Below are positions 21,601 to 35,899 of a DNA stretch of 64,000 nt, piece by piece (the first letter of the stretch is position 1; each line of letters begins with the position of its first letter). The position numbers and the translations under genes are program-made. The notes beneath the pieces are model-generated. The model worked only from the letters and a program-made list of their open reading frames with translations. It had not been told where the DNA came from and did not search any database. This stretch comes from Sphagnum compactum (taxonomy: Eukaryota), in contig OZ234494.1 of the NCBI GenBank assembly GCA_965153455.1, forward strand, positions 8,122,001 to 8,186,000. The letters are read 5' to 3'.

Positions 21601-24499
21601 TGATTTATGGGAACATAGTGTAAGGTCTCCACTAGGTTATACAAGTTTTTAGCATATTCTTTTGTGAGGTTTTAACTACAATGTTGTATTAAGCTTACAA
21701 GTTTATAGAAAGGAAAAAATGACTTATATCTAGATCCTTCAAATATTTTCAATATATACCTTTTATTTGGCCATCCAAAATTAGTACAAATAGCTCAAAT
21801 CTCATATAGGCCTCGTGTGATAAGCCCTTGTCTTATATGTGAAGCATTCCAAGGTTTTTTGCATTGTATTTGAATGCACCTCCCCTCCTCGAATATTCAT
21901 TTGTTGATTGAAGGAACCTTTCAATGATCACATGCAAACTTTCCATTATTTTAATTTATTTTAAATTTTTGTTTTACATTAGGAAGGCCTACTCGAACCC
22001 TAAATTTTGAACGTTCACCATTGGTGGATTGCCCTTGAAGCTACAACCCTCAAATTAAGGGAGGTCCTAACAAGCAAGCCTTTCCTTATTAAAAAATATT
22101 TTCTTTTGATGCATGTTTTCCATTTAAAATTATTGTTTCATACATAGAAAAATACATAAAAACTAGGTACATTATGTTAAGTCACACACCTAATCTAGGA
22201 AACTTTGGTGAAACAAACACAACATTTGATGTCAAAATTGAATGTTTTGTGTGAATTCAGTCTTAGGCACAATGAAGGAATTTCACATGGTGAAGATGAA
22301 AAATTTAACTACACAATACATATTCTACAACAAATATGGGTCAAGACCAATGTTGGAAGGTGATTTGCATGGGTGTTTTAAAACTAACAGGTTTGGTTCC
22401 AAATATCAAGATCATGAACCTTAATATTACTACTAGCTAAAAATTTAGAACCTTGTACCCACCTTTATATTAAACCTAGCTAGAAGAGCAAAACTTTGTA
22501 CTTGCCTCTACTTAGGCAAAATATAGACTCGAACCCATGTTCCCCGCCTTTTTCCTATCTAGGTTTAAGGTTTTGCTATGGTCTAAAACCTTTCATTTTC
22601 AATCATTTATCGCTTGTTTTTATTTAAACTTTCCTTTGGCTACACTTCTTGCATGTTTTTGTCTTCTTCTTCCTTTTTATTTTGTTGTTGCATTTTTCAT
22701 TATTGTCTCCCATGATCCACACATGTCTAAAAGTTGAATTGGTTATGGAAGAAGGAAGGAATCAAGACCATCATCGAAAAGGAATCAAGATCATTGTTTG
22801 TCATTATAAAGGAGTATAAAATCTAAAATATAATCAACAATGGTCTTGTGTGAAAGTGGAATTTAAAGGAAACACATTAACTCTTTTTTTGTTCCCGGTT
22901 ATTCATGGCTTCTTCTTCTTCACAATGATTCTAATGTGTCTGTGAAAAAGAATATAATTATTTAGGGGGGAGAAAACGAAAGAGAAAAAACGAAAAGTGT
23001 GTGTCTATGCAAGCTATAAATTATTGTAGGGTGTTTAAATTCTTTCTTATTGGCAATCTCGAACCTTGCCACCTCATTATAATGTGTCCTAATTGTTGAC
23101 TTGATCCACATCATTGTAATGATGTTGTGAGTTGTGAATGTGATATAATGATTCATTTAAATGTTTTTAAACAAAACACTACAATTTTCTTGAAACTTTT
23201 GGCTATTGGTCACAAGGTGCACATTTTTGCAAACATGATAACTTGCATGTTTGCATGGTTTGGTTTACGGGGTACAATGTTTAATGCAATTATTATATTA
23301 GGGTTTAGGGTTTCCTTTCCTTATGGTTTTTTTGGTCTTTTCACATAATGATATACACAAATTTTTAGTCAATATGAATATGCTCCTAGACCAATATGTC
23401 AAGAAATAAATTGACAAACATATCTTGAACCAACTAAGTATTCTTATTTAAAATAGGTTGGATTGTGGTCAATGAAGCAAAGAGAAGTTGATCGAAGAAG
23501 TTGTGTTTTGTTTCAAAGAGTTGATCACATCGAGAAGTATTTGTTGTTTCAACTCCTTAATTAGATTATTTATATTCTTTGATCAACTTTTTGTCTCTCC
23601 CCACTTTCCTATTTTTGCAACAACCACATGTAGGTTGTTCACCATTTTATTGGGTTGTTTCTTCATCAACATCATGCCAACGAAGGCCTTACTAGTGGTG
23701 GTTTGATTTCCTTGCAACATGAACTAAACTACATGTAAAAACTGTATCTTTTGCAATACTTATAGGTTAATAAAACAAAGATCGAAGCAATTACAAATTT
23801 TTTTTTGTATTTCCATGACCATTGTAAGTCACTATTAACTACTAAAATGATTGATATCCATGCATGCATTTATCATACAACACTTTGACTAACGAACTTC
23901 TAGGCTCAATGGGTGACTCGATAATTTTGAGGGTCCTATGAATCCTTTCCACCTTTTGTATATGGGTTATGATATTGTAATGAATTTTGTTGATGCATAT
24001 TTGTGTAGATTTAATATTTATAATTGTGGTTTCTTGCAAGAAAATCTACTTAATGGCATCTTGATACTTAAAGTTGAAGCTACCAATCCAAAAAAAATCT
24101 AATGTTGAAGATCAGTTGTTTGATGTTTACAAAAATTGGAAACAACTATTGTGTTCTATTCTTCTATTTCACTTGATGTTGTTTTGAAATGGGATATGGT
24201 GGTATGTATATGAATTTGATCTACAACAACCTATAAAGTAATCAATTGCATGGTAAATGCCTATTTCCTTTTCAAACTTAACCAACCTCCAAATATTGTG
24301 TCGAATCATTTGACAGGCAATTCTTTCCTATCTATCAAACCTCATGGCAATAGAACCCAATTATTTTTTCTAAGAACATTTTGTGTTTATTATTTTTGGT
24401 TTAGTGTTACGTATGTTTGTTGTTTTCGTTTTTGCTTATGTTGTTTTTTTATTGTTTTGTGTTGCATTTATGTAGTTTAGGGTGCTTATATTGTCAATG

Positions 24500-27400
24500 G
24501 CATCATCAAATGCTACTCACATTATAATAGCAAAACAACTGATGATGTAACTAATGAAGATGACAATGATTTATTGTTTGCAACTAAAGATATTGGATCA
24601 CATCAAACATCCAATATGGAGGTAGATGTAGCTTGGGTGTTGTTTGCTTCACAACTTATGGCCAATTGGAAAATTTGGTATCCTTTTCATCATGTGTCAT
24701 GTTATTGGGGTTTGTTTGTTGTTAATGATGGTGAAAAGATCAATTCATGCAATCCCCAAACCATGTGATGTGTTGTGCGCCATCATTGTTTTATGTTGGT
24801 TTTTATTATTAACATTTTAGTCAAAATAAACAAAAGACAAAATTGTCATTAGTTAGATCAAACCAATCATTTATGCCAAAAAATTGACTATTTTCTTACT
24901 AAAATGATTGTTTGAAATGACTAAGATGACTAAAGTTATTAGTTGACATGGTCGTTTGAAATATTGAGATGATTGAAACTATTAATTGACATGGAATTAT
25001 TATTATTTTCTTTTTTAGGTCAAATTATGGATGAATCCAAAATCACACCAAACCTTTGATTCCATTCCAAAAGAAATTCAAGTTTGACAAACTTGTGACA
25101 AATTGACCACCACTTCATGTGGTGATATATATTGTTGTTGCAAAATAATTAAATACATCTTTTTTAACATGACACATTGAAACCCTATAATATAATTAAG
25201 TAATTTCATAATGGGGTGAAAGCATGGTAAAATATACACAAAAAGTAGTGTAAGCAACAAAATATCGGGGTCCCTAAAGAAAAGGACTAACAAGTAGATG
25301 ATTTTATGGCGATAACAAATTTTTTTTGGGGTACATTATTTCTTAACTCTTGTTTGCATGGACTTCAAAAGCTAAATTGTTATAATCATGTTTTTTTAAG
25401 CTACTTGCAAATACTTGAATTTGACCTAAAATTTGTGGCAGTTTGAAAAATAAAGCTCAAATACTTGAAAATAGGTGAAATGTTTTTGCAAGTATTTGGT
25501 TTTTTTTTCAAGCACCTCGATATTGATGTGGTGAACATTCTAATATAATTGTTTTGGTTAATCAAATTTATTTTCATAACTAAAATCATCCCCAACCCCT
25601 AAAAATGAGGGATATTTTTGGGGTACTTTTTTAAGTGCAATTTATATGACACAAATTGCTTTTGAAAGCTAAAGGGAGGCTAGAGATGCCCATGAAAAAA
25701 ATATTCATTTGTTTTGAAATGCTAAAGGAAGGTTAAAAGTTTGAATTTTTTATTTATTTATTTTTGTTTTCAAATAGAAAACAAGGTAACAAGTATGTGC
25801 AAAATATCTTGCTTGCACCTAATGATTTTTTTTCACATGTACATTTTTAATATCATTATTCAATTTATTTCATTTTTAGTCTGATAATTACATTGAAATT
25901 TATAATGCCTTCTAATTTCAATTTTTTAAAACATTGAATTATTTTAGATATTATATATCTTGGGGGGAAAAATAATTTTCATAATTTTTTTATTTAAAAA
26001 ATCTCACAATGAAATTCATTTCATTTTGAAAATTATATACTTAAAATTCACATGTCTATAATTTTGTATTAAAAGTTAGAATTTTAGCTTCTTATTTTTG
26101 TCCATATCTTAAATTTCACATGCATGTTAATTATATTTTTACTTAATAAATTAAAAACTCAGTTTGATTTTTCATTTTCTAACATGTCATTTTGTTATAT
26201 TTCAAATGTTGTCCCCCAATTTTAATTTTATTTGAATAATTAAAACAAGAAATGAAAACATGATTTTTTTTTTAAATTTTTGGTAATTCCATTAAAAAGT
26301 AATTTAAAATATATATTTTTATTATTCTAGTATCGTCACATCATCAAAAGTAACATTGCAATCGTATTGGGATGATTGATTTGAGGCACATTAGTCAAGT
26401 CGAACAATTTCACGTGAGTGCCATATATACCACATGTCCCAACATAATGTTTGTTTTGATTGATAATTAATTCTCTTAGTTTTAAAAATACTTAATTTTG
26501 ATTTTAATCAAATCGAACATAGTTAATGATTTCAAACAAATGGACTTAATTATACAATCATGTTAATCACGATTCTACTAACAAAAAAACCATGTTTTTG
26601 TAGTAGTGCATGGTGTTCAAATGGATGTTGATTCTAGGAATTTTGCCCATGGGAAAGTAGGGGCCTATGAACTTCAACAAAGACCTTGGTACAAGCCCTT
26701 TGAAAAAACATGTTGTTAATGAACATGTAGAAGAATATAAAAGGTGGGGGTTGTTGGCATAGAAAATGATAAAAGATGAAAGAAATAGTCAAACAAAAGG
26801 AAAAATGTTCCTCCTTTTCAAATCACAATTGTTTTTGGTAGCAGTTCACCTTATAACAAATTAAACCTTACATAAGAGGCATTTCTTGAGGATCCAATGT
26901 TGTATGTCACAAAAGGATATCAACCTTTATCTTTTATTGAAAATCCATGGCTAAGACACATGGTTTTATGACAATGTGTTCTTTTTAAGTTTCTTTTTCA
27001 ACACCAACTAATGGTTGAAGTTCTCCAAAGTGTTGTGGAGAACCAAGAATAAATATGTTATCCCCTCTCTTACATCATGTGTTACATGCACAACTTCATT
27101 TGATCTTTGGACATCTGTGTTAGATGTGACACATTTGCCATGATTGTGAATTTTATTAATAGTTTTCAATAACTCACACATGTCACTATTGGTTTATTTG
27201 AAGTGCACAATATTGCAACGACAACCATGGCAAACCAAGTAGAAGTGTTATTAAATACTTTTGGTCTTATTGTCAAAGTGATTGCTTATGTCAAAGATGA
27301 AAGGTCAAATATTTCAACCTTAATAAATGCATTGACAAATGTGATTTCTTGTTATCCCTTTCAATTACCATGCCCTTTTCTTGGTTCATGTTTTAAACAT

Positions 27401-28540
27401 GCCATGTCAAAGGTAGCCTAGTACACTACTTATGGTGCTAAATAATGTAGTGGATTTCAAAAGTGTACTTGAAAGTTACCTAAACATCATTGCAAAACAA
27501 AATAACTTGGACCAAAAAATTAGAGAAGGGGAAGCAAGAATTGAAGGATTCTTGTATTATTGCAGGACTACTAATGTGTATGCTCAAAAATCTTGTGAAA
27601 ACATGGTTTACCTCACAAGTCATCTTGTTCCAAGAGACTTTTCAATATCAAAATGTAATTTTAATTTGTTATGGGCAACAATAAACTCTACATCTTTCAT
27701 CCAATATGCTAATGTGCCAAACTTGGGCTATTGTTAAAATTATTTTTGGTACCCTAATGTCAGTTGCTAAACAATGTGTCTTAAACCAAAGCCAAGACTA
27801 TTTGTTGTTATTTGATGCATTTGTGTTAGCTTTCACATTATGTATTACCATGAAGAGTGAACAAGCCAAGATTCAATCCTTGAATCAACCTTTGATTTGA
27901 AGTGACTTTGATTCATAGGTACAAGAGTTCAAATTAAGGATGATAGCACAAGTTTGCAATGTCTTGGTTCCTTTCTTGGCATTTTTAAAGTCCTACATTT
28001 ATGCCTTGAAAGTCGACAACATGTTGGCTATCATGCTTGACCTACAATTCAAGAACATGAAAATTATACATGGTTTTGTGTGTAATTGTGTTGCAATTCA
28101 AATTGTTGCAAAATATGATATTAAATTGGTGTATCTATTTTTAATATACATATATTTTTATTTGAATATTATGAAAACATCAATGGAGGCAACAAATAGT
28201 GAAGATGATGATACCTTTTTTGGGCAAATTGTTTCCAATGATGTTGCCATCATCTTAGTCCTAAACAATGAGCTAACATCAATTATATCAACAATCAAAT
28301 GTGGGATTGGCCAAAACTAAAAATCCTTTGCTAAGGTGTGCAAAACATGAGACGCGATTTGCACATGTATCTTTCTTGATTCATCAAGTATTTGGAATTG
28401 TGGGTTCACAAATCAAAATTAAGTGAAATTTCAATATTGATAGTGTGATCATAATCTTTGATGGTCTAGGCTTGGAATTGGGAAATTGGATTACATGATT
28501 TTGATTATCAAGAATTGGCCTTCTGATGTTCATTTTGGTA
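24500..28540 (+). pseudogene. Degenerate hAT transposase (BED finger + DDE + dimerisation domain), interrupted by a 1.8-kb insertion
   Basis: Recognisable pieces: CYWGLFVVNDG..TM*CVVRH (24700-24783), then GVQMDVD..GTSPLKKHVVNEH (26612-26727), TTSFDLWTS..DTFAMIVNF..HVTIGLFEVHN (27090-27210), VIAYVKDERSNIS, MLAIMLDLQFKNM, and VFGIVGSQIKIK..RLGIGKLDYMILIIKNWP (28390-28520). Many stops and frameshifts. Confidence 0.85.
24784..26608. mobile_element. Probable non-autonomous CACTA element nested in the hAT BED finger
   Basis: The right end is TTTTTGTAGTAGTG (reverse complement CACTACTACAAAAA) at 26608. The left end CATTG at 24784 is a degenerate CACTA. CAT flanks both sides (24781-24783, 26609-26611), and removing the insert restores the hAT reading frame. 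Confidence 0.6.
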
Positions 28541-31500
28541 TTAACCTTCTGATGTTCATTTTGGTATTAACCATGCATTAAATAAAATTTTGACTTTTGT
28601 AAGTGTTAAATCATTTTTTTACAAATGTTAACAAGTGAGTTATTCATTACCTTGATAGTTATAATTAGTGGTACATATTTTGAATTAATGTTAATCATGT
28701 ATTAAATATGGATCTAACATTTATAAACTTTAAGTCAATTTTTTTTTAAATGTTAATTAATTAGGTCTTGGTTATCTTGTTAGCAATAGTTAATGGTACA
28801 TATTTTGAATTAATGTTAACCATCTACTATATACATGTTTGACCTATTGTCAAATTCCTATCGATTTGTCGTACATGTGCATGAGAGTTTGTTTTGTTAA
28901 CTTTTGAATTTGAATCTATAAATTGTGTCTAGTTTGAACATGCATGCATACGTAATAATGAGGTTCTTATGTACATGTCTTTCTAAAAATGTATACTTTG
29001 TCTATCAATAATCTTTATTTTTTTGACTTTTAAAAATTGTATGATTAAAGAACACAAGAAATCGATTGAAGAAAAAAGATTGTTTAAGGAAAATTTAGAA
29101 TATATACTTTTTATGCATATAATCAGTATCCTTTTATGTTTTTGTATGTATGTTTTATACTCATCTTTTGATTTGTATATGTATTTTTATGCATTCTAAT
29201 AGTTCTAATGTTCTTAATTTGTTTGTGTATAGGGGATCCATGGACTTTTGGAACACCATATGAAAGTGATGAACATTTAAGTGCTTTTGGGCAAATGTGA
29301 TTGCAAAAAAAAGTATGTGAAAACATGAATATGTGATTTAGAAGCTACAAGTTTTAAGTCACGATATTTGCCTAAAGATGATGCTTACATAAATTTTTAA
29401 TTCTTATGATGTCCACTATCCATGCTATGTAAAGTGAAAGTTAAATGTTTGCCAACCTAGAAACAAATTGCAAAACTTTGAATTTGTTGTAAAAGTGAGG
29501 CATTCCCCAAATTTTTTAATTTACACTATGATAAATCACATTAAATTGTCTTTTTGGAATATGCAAGGAACCATGATTAGGACTAGTTACTTAGAATTCT
29601 TGGGCCAACTTATTAGCATTAAAGACTTTTAAACATGATGGAGAATGTCAAATAACAATGTACAAGAACATTGCTGCATGACCTCTTCCATCAAAGATTG
29701 AATGACAACTATATGGGAATGGATAACTATTTGAATAAAACATTTGTGAGTTTTTTGAAAACATACTTGCAAAAATAATAAGTGTCTTTTGGGGGGTCAA
29801 ATTAATTGATATTGCTGAAACCAAACTGAAACTAAAATCATTTTTTTCCCATAAAAAATACCATTATACTTGAGAATTTTTAATTTTTGAAAGGAAAATA
29901 AACCTTAAATTTGGAGGTTATCAAACAATTAAAAAATAGTAGAAAACTGTACCCAAAGGTTTCATTAAGTTTTTTAAACAACAAAACTCAGGAATGCAAA
30001 TGTTTAAAAAAACAAGGAATGAGCCAACACTAATCGATATTCAATAGCCAACATGTATATTTTTGCTTGTTTCATCCATTCATGCATACAAATAGACTAT
30101 CATCCAAAGTCCACCCTACATTTTCCATCATATGCTAAGTTTCATTATGTGATTCTATGTATGAAATTGGTGACCTATGTTTTGAGAACATGTTATAATT
30201 TCTTGGAAAAGGATTTTTTTAGGGTTCCACATCAACTTATAATCAAATGCTAAATTTTGCATTGCCAATCTTATTACTAAAAAAATTGGTCATGAGTTCA
30301 ACTTAATCATGACTCCTAAAAACCTAAGCCTTTTTTCCAACCATTTTATCTCTATTTTAGTTAGAAATTTGGTCCAATTTTCTCATTTATGAATGAGATT
30401 ACAAATCCAACCATTGGATTCAAAGTTTACACATTTAACAATATTGGGAAATTTTCCAAACACAGTCAAGCAAAGGATGATGAAATAATGAAACTAGATT
30501 GAGGTCATACAAGATTTCCCAAGGTTGGATTTCAAGCTTCTTGGGCTAGAAAAAGACTTTTCACATGACACAATGCATGCATCCTAATATGGCATTCTCA
30601 ATGACCAAGTTAGGTGCGGATAAAAAAAATTCAAGCCAAAATGGGGTTCCTCAAACAAAAATGAAACTTTGCAATTTTTGGAATGTGAATATGAGGATCG
30701 TTGAAAATAGCTAACAATTTGAAAGGGGTCACATTGCTTGAAAGCTTGGGTCAACTCATAAAAGTTTTCAACGTTAACCCCCTTTTACCCACCTATGATT
30801 CCTACCACCTCATTGGTGCAAGTCCTAAGTGTAGGTATCTAGGTTCACTAGCTAGAGGCCCAGTGCATGCACTTATTTGATTGAAACCTCACCCACAACC
30901 ATTTGAAATTCCACAAAAACCAAAATTTGATTTATTAGGCTTTTAAGAATTGATGTTGCCATAAACGATCAAAACTATATTACATTAGGCCACTAGGTAA
31001 ATTAATTATCCAATGAGGAAGAATTAGAAAATCATGTTTTTCCTTTAATGTTGGTATAACTTCATTAAAGCAACATAATCACACTTGATTAACAAACTTA
31101 TATCATTTTTTTCTATTATCCATCATTTTTTAGCAAAAATAAACCACAAATGTACATTGAAATTTAAAAAAATTGACAATTGAACTCTAACAATGTTTTC
31201 AAAGTGGATACTCTTTTAGCATGTAAAAATATTTACAAAATAACATAATTCCATATTTCACTTCAATTTAATGGTAATGATATGTCTTAAAAATGTGTTA
31301 TTGACATTGGTCAATGTGAATTGGTGCTCTTAGGGGTGTGCTTGGGAATGGGGGGGAGTGGAGGGGGATTCCACATTTTTCGACCTAATTGTTTTTTTCA
31401 ATTCATACAAAGGATTTTTGTGAGATAAATGGCCCTAATTTTTTAGACTAAAGAATAAAATAAATTCAGTATTTAGATTTTATAATAGGTTTTAGAAAGT

Positions 31501-32884
31501 TTTTTGTTTTGGAAAATGAATTTCATAATACCAAAAAAAAATCAAATCAATTTATTTGGTAGCCATTCAAGTTTCTTGATTAGTTACCAAGTGGGACATC
31601 TAAATTTTATAATCTTTGTATTTTAATCTATTAATTGTTAATAATTTTAAACATTATAAAAATATTTTTTCCTCGTGTTTATCATTAGAGTGTAGGCATA
31701 TTATGGGGAGCTAATTATTACTAAAAACATGTTCTTTGTAAAAATTATATTTTATCACATTTGAAATGTGACTTCCATGTTTTGGCTAGAGCCCATAGAA
31801 AGATGATAATGCCAACTTTAAATAAAGCCTTTCTGGAAACTCTTGCAACCACCACTGACCTAAAGAGGTTAACCTATGCTTATTCTTTAAATAAATCAAC
31901 AAAAATAGACCTATTGAATCTTTGGGCACTTCAATCTTCAAATGCTTATTCTTTAAATAAATCAACAAAAATAGACACCTCAAAAAATTTATTTAAAAAA
32001 AAATGGAAACCTTTAATGATATATTGTACATTACGTTTATCAAACATAACATTCTTCAACATCATTCCAATGCAACAAAACACATTCACCATATATTCAA
32101 GTAATTTTAAATAGCACATCCAATATCCATGAAAATACAACCATGCCTTCACTCATACAATAAACATTTTGTCTTTAAATAAATTATTCAAATTTTGTAA
32201 TATTATTGGTCAAAGCACGTTCAAAATTTTAAAAAACTATAATGATAGGACAATTAAAACATAAATTCAAGTTATTTTCAATACTAGGCCTTCATATTCA
32301 TTAATATATGATGATCCAAAAAATTTCATAATTATTGGTTTAGTTTACATAGGATAAAGGATATTCGAAGTTTTAGGCCAAAATCAACATAAAATTGTAC
32401 ACTACTTTCTATTCATTTTTTGACTAATGAAACATCTTGGAATTACACAAAAATAATTGAGATGAAAACCCACAAATATAAAAACATTATGCATTTGATT
32501 TCATTAGATTCTAATTCTTATGACTCATGCAATTATTTTTCAAAGTCATGGAGGTGTAAGAGTTTATGCGATCAACACATCCTTGGCTCCTTTGGTAAGA
32601 AATGCACCATTTAGGGAAAATCAACTTTGTACTTCAATTTGGATGCCTCTAAATATTGACATATATTGTGTGTATAATTTATGCAAATCAACAATGTATC
32701 ATTCATGACAATTACCTTGTAGATTTAAACTTCAAAGGTATAGGAGAAAGTTCAATGTTGGGTCCATAAAAGGACTATTTAACAACAAATTACAAACCCA
32801 TATACACTTGGGTTCATATCTTTTTCACTTGACCCCAATTCATAACATGAGTAAAATGGCCCGTAAAACTCATGTTTCCATCAA

Positions 32885-33290
32885 CATGGCATGGTGTGAC
32901 CCATTGTGTCACATCAATTGTAATAGTTCCTTCATGGCCTACAATTGTCATGGAGCTTAGTGTGACCTTCATTGTGTGACACCAAATTCAAGAGTTCCCA
33001 AATGAATGAACCTTATATTGGATGAACTTGTAAACCTTCATTATGCAACATTGAACTCAAAAGTTCCCTCACAAACTGCGTGTTGGAGTTAGGTGCAAAC
33101 TCTCCACTATGTGATATACCCTTGAGAAACTCCTTCACAAACTACTTGCTAAAGTTATATATAACCTCCACTATGTCATAATAACTTCAAAATTGCCTTC
33201 ATGAACTATATTTACAAAAGTTGCATGCAACATCTATTATGCGATGATAATGTTTTCAAGAGCTCCTCACAACTTGCATCTTAGAATTGC
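32885..33290. repeat. Degenerate minisatellite of about 65 bp, about 6 units
   Basis: Recurring blocks like GGAGTT..TGT.AACCT.CA(C/T)T(A/G)TGT.A.A....T.AA.AGTTCC.TCA..AACT at roughly 65-bp spacing. Confidence 0.6.
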
Positions 33291-33335
33291 AATGTTCAAT
33301 ATGTTCACATCTATACTTAAAGAGTTTAGTTGAAA

Positions 33336-35686
33336 CACTACACCAAAACGCGTCTTAGTTCACTCTGGGTTTCATTAGATTTTGAATGAATTTGAACATT
33401 TTTATCATTGTGAAATTGGTTAACCCCTTAGTGAACAGGGACCAGTTATTACAGATAATGAATTGTTTCACTAGTGTTTAGTGAAATAATGTTACTCTCA
33501 AGTGAAATACAAATTTACCAAGCCATTCACTTGTTAGTTAATTAACTAGGCAACATGGAAATCAATTAAATTTAAATTTTTAATATATAATATTATTGAT
33601 AATTTCGTGATTTTCAGCCTATGAGTTATTGACATGTGTCACTACCTAGCTAGGTTAAAAACTTAAGCTAGGTACATACGCCACATAATCAACTAGGCAC
33701 TCACTCTAAAAAATAAACTAAATAGGAGAATGTTCAATCAACTTGCCATTGTTGACCACGCAAACACCATTTGTGAGGTTTGATCTTTTGACCTTTAAAA
33801 TGGAAGCACACACCCCTACCATCAAACCACCCCACTTGTTATGATAATATGTTACATCACATTCTATTTATCAAATACTTCATTTTAAACATTACAAAAA
33901 CAGAAGCTTTGATAATTCATATCTTATTGAAATTTTGTTCAAAGGAAATGATTCGATATTATTTTAAATTTTTTTTCAATAATGTAAATAATTGCATTTA
34001 TTTCCTTTTGAAATTGTAAAATCATTTGAACAAAAAATAACTTGAATATCACTATTCAATAACATTTCAATGATCATTCTTTTGAAAGAGAAAATGTTTA
34101 ATAAATGGATAAGATTTTTGCTAATATAATAATATTATCTAAGTTAATATACTTTCAACTATTATAGGGCTACTTTTCATTAATATAAATTAATCTCACC
34201 CTACATTATTTATGGTTATTTATGGTTATTCTAAATGATTTTTTGCTATTTTTGGTTATTTCACCCTAGGTAAATTTTGGTTATTTTAAGTTACTTTTGG
34301 CTATTTTATGTTATTTTTGGTTATTTTAACATATTTCACCTTATGTTATTTTCGTTTATTGTAAGTTATTTATGGATATTGTAAATTATTTCACTTTAAG
34401 ATACTTGTAGCTATTTTTTACTATTTTTTACTATTTCATCTCAGGCTATTTTCGACTATGTGAGGCTATTATTGGTTACTTTTGGCTATTGCAGATTATT
34501 TCACCTTATGCTATTATTGGCAATTCTAGGTTATCATAGACTATTTCACTTTAAGTTACTTTTGTCTATTGTAGATTATTTCACCCTAGAATATTTTTGG
34601 CAATTTTAAACAATTTTAATATATGGCTATTGGTGGCTATTAATGGTTGTTTTATTGATGGTTATTATTGGTTATTTTATTAATGGATATTGGTGGGTAT
34701 TCTATTAATGGTTATTCTAGGTTAAATTACCATAGACTATTAATGACTATCGGTGGTTATTTTATTAATGGCTATTATATTAATGCCCATTGGTGACTAT
34801 TCTATTAATGGCTATTGATGGTTAAAGTACCATAAGCTATTGATGGTTATTTTATTATAAACCATTAATGGTTATTTTATTGGTGGCTATTGATGGTTAT
34901 TTTATTGGTGGCTATTAGTGGTTATTTTATTGGTGGTTATTCTAGGTTATATTACGACTATTAATGGCTATTGTATTATAAATTATTGTTGGTTATTTTA
35001 TGTTATATTACGACTATTGGGGACTATTTTATTATAAGTTATATTGGATATTCTATGTTATAATATCATAGGCTATTAGTAGACATTCTATTGTAGGCTA
35101 TTTAAAATTATTTTTCATCGATTATTGTTGGTTATTTTAGGTTATTTAACTTTAGGTCATTATATTATATTTAAATTATTTAAAGTTATTATACTTAGGA
35201 TAAAATAACTTATAATAACATAAATTATAACTTGAAATAACATATATTAACTTAAAATAAAATAACATAAAGTATAGCCTAAGGTTAGTTGAATAATTTG
35301 AAAAGCCTATGATAAGCTAGGTATGATACCTTAAGGTAAAATAACATATAATAGTTTAAGTTATAATAATTTATAATAACCTATAATAACTTATAATAAT
35401 GTAGGGTATAAGTTAGAGTAACTAAAATAGCTCAAAATAATATAGGGTATATCATAAAATAACATATATATGATATTTAAAACAACATAAAAATAAATTT
35501 ATTTACTATAGTAAATTATAATAATGAATTATGTCAACTAGTAATGAAACACGATGTTTACATAGTGATATTATAGTGAAGTAACTTTAACCAGGGTGAA
35601 ATCATTAAAATACAATGGACTTATTTCACTTTTAAGGTCGCATAATGATTTAGGTTAGTGAACTGCACCTCACTTTTGTAGTAGTG
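33336..35686. mobile_element. Non-autonomous CACTA element, 2.35 kb, with internal GG(T/C)TATT low-complexity arrays
   Basis: The left TIR is CACTACACCAAAACGCGTCTTAGTTCACT and the right TIR reverse complement is CACTACTACAAAAGTGAGGTGCAGTTCACT. The 3-bp TSD is AAA (33333-33335, 35687-35689). A second copy starts at 62240. Confidence 0.9.
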
Positions 35687-35899
35687 AAAGTGAATATTTG
35701 ATCACATGGTTTTTTAGAGGTGGATGAATGGCAAGTTCAATGCACAACTCTAAGATGAGTTGAATAGGACAAAAGGTGAGTAGACAATGTGGAGGAGCCT
35801 ATAATATGACTTGTGATGGATCCAAGCCTAAATGAAATCCAAATGTTATTAAAGACAAAGAGGCAAGGCATAACTGTCATTTATCTATCTTGATTAATT

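Noticed and set aside
19795-24480. Numerous 60-105 aa ORFs in AT-rich DNA
   Set aside because: F/I/K/N-biased, with no domains or splice support; typical of random ORFs in repeat debris.
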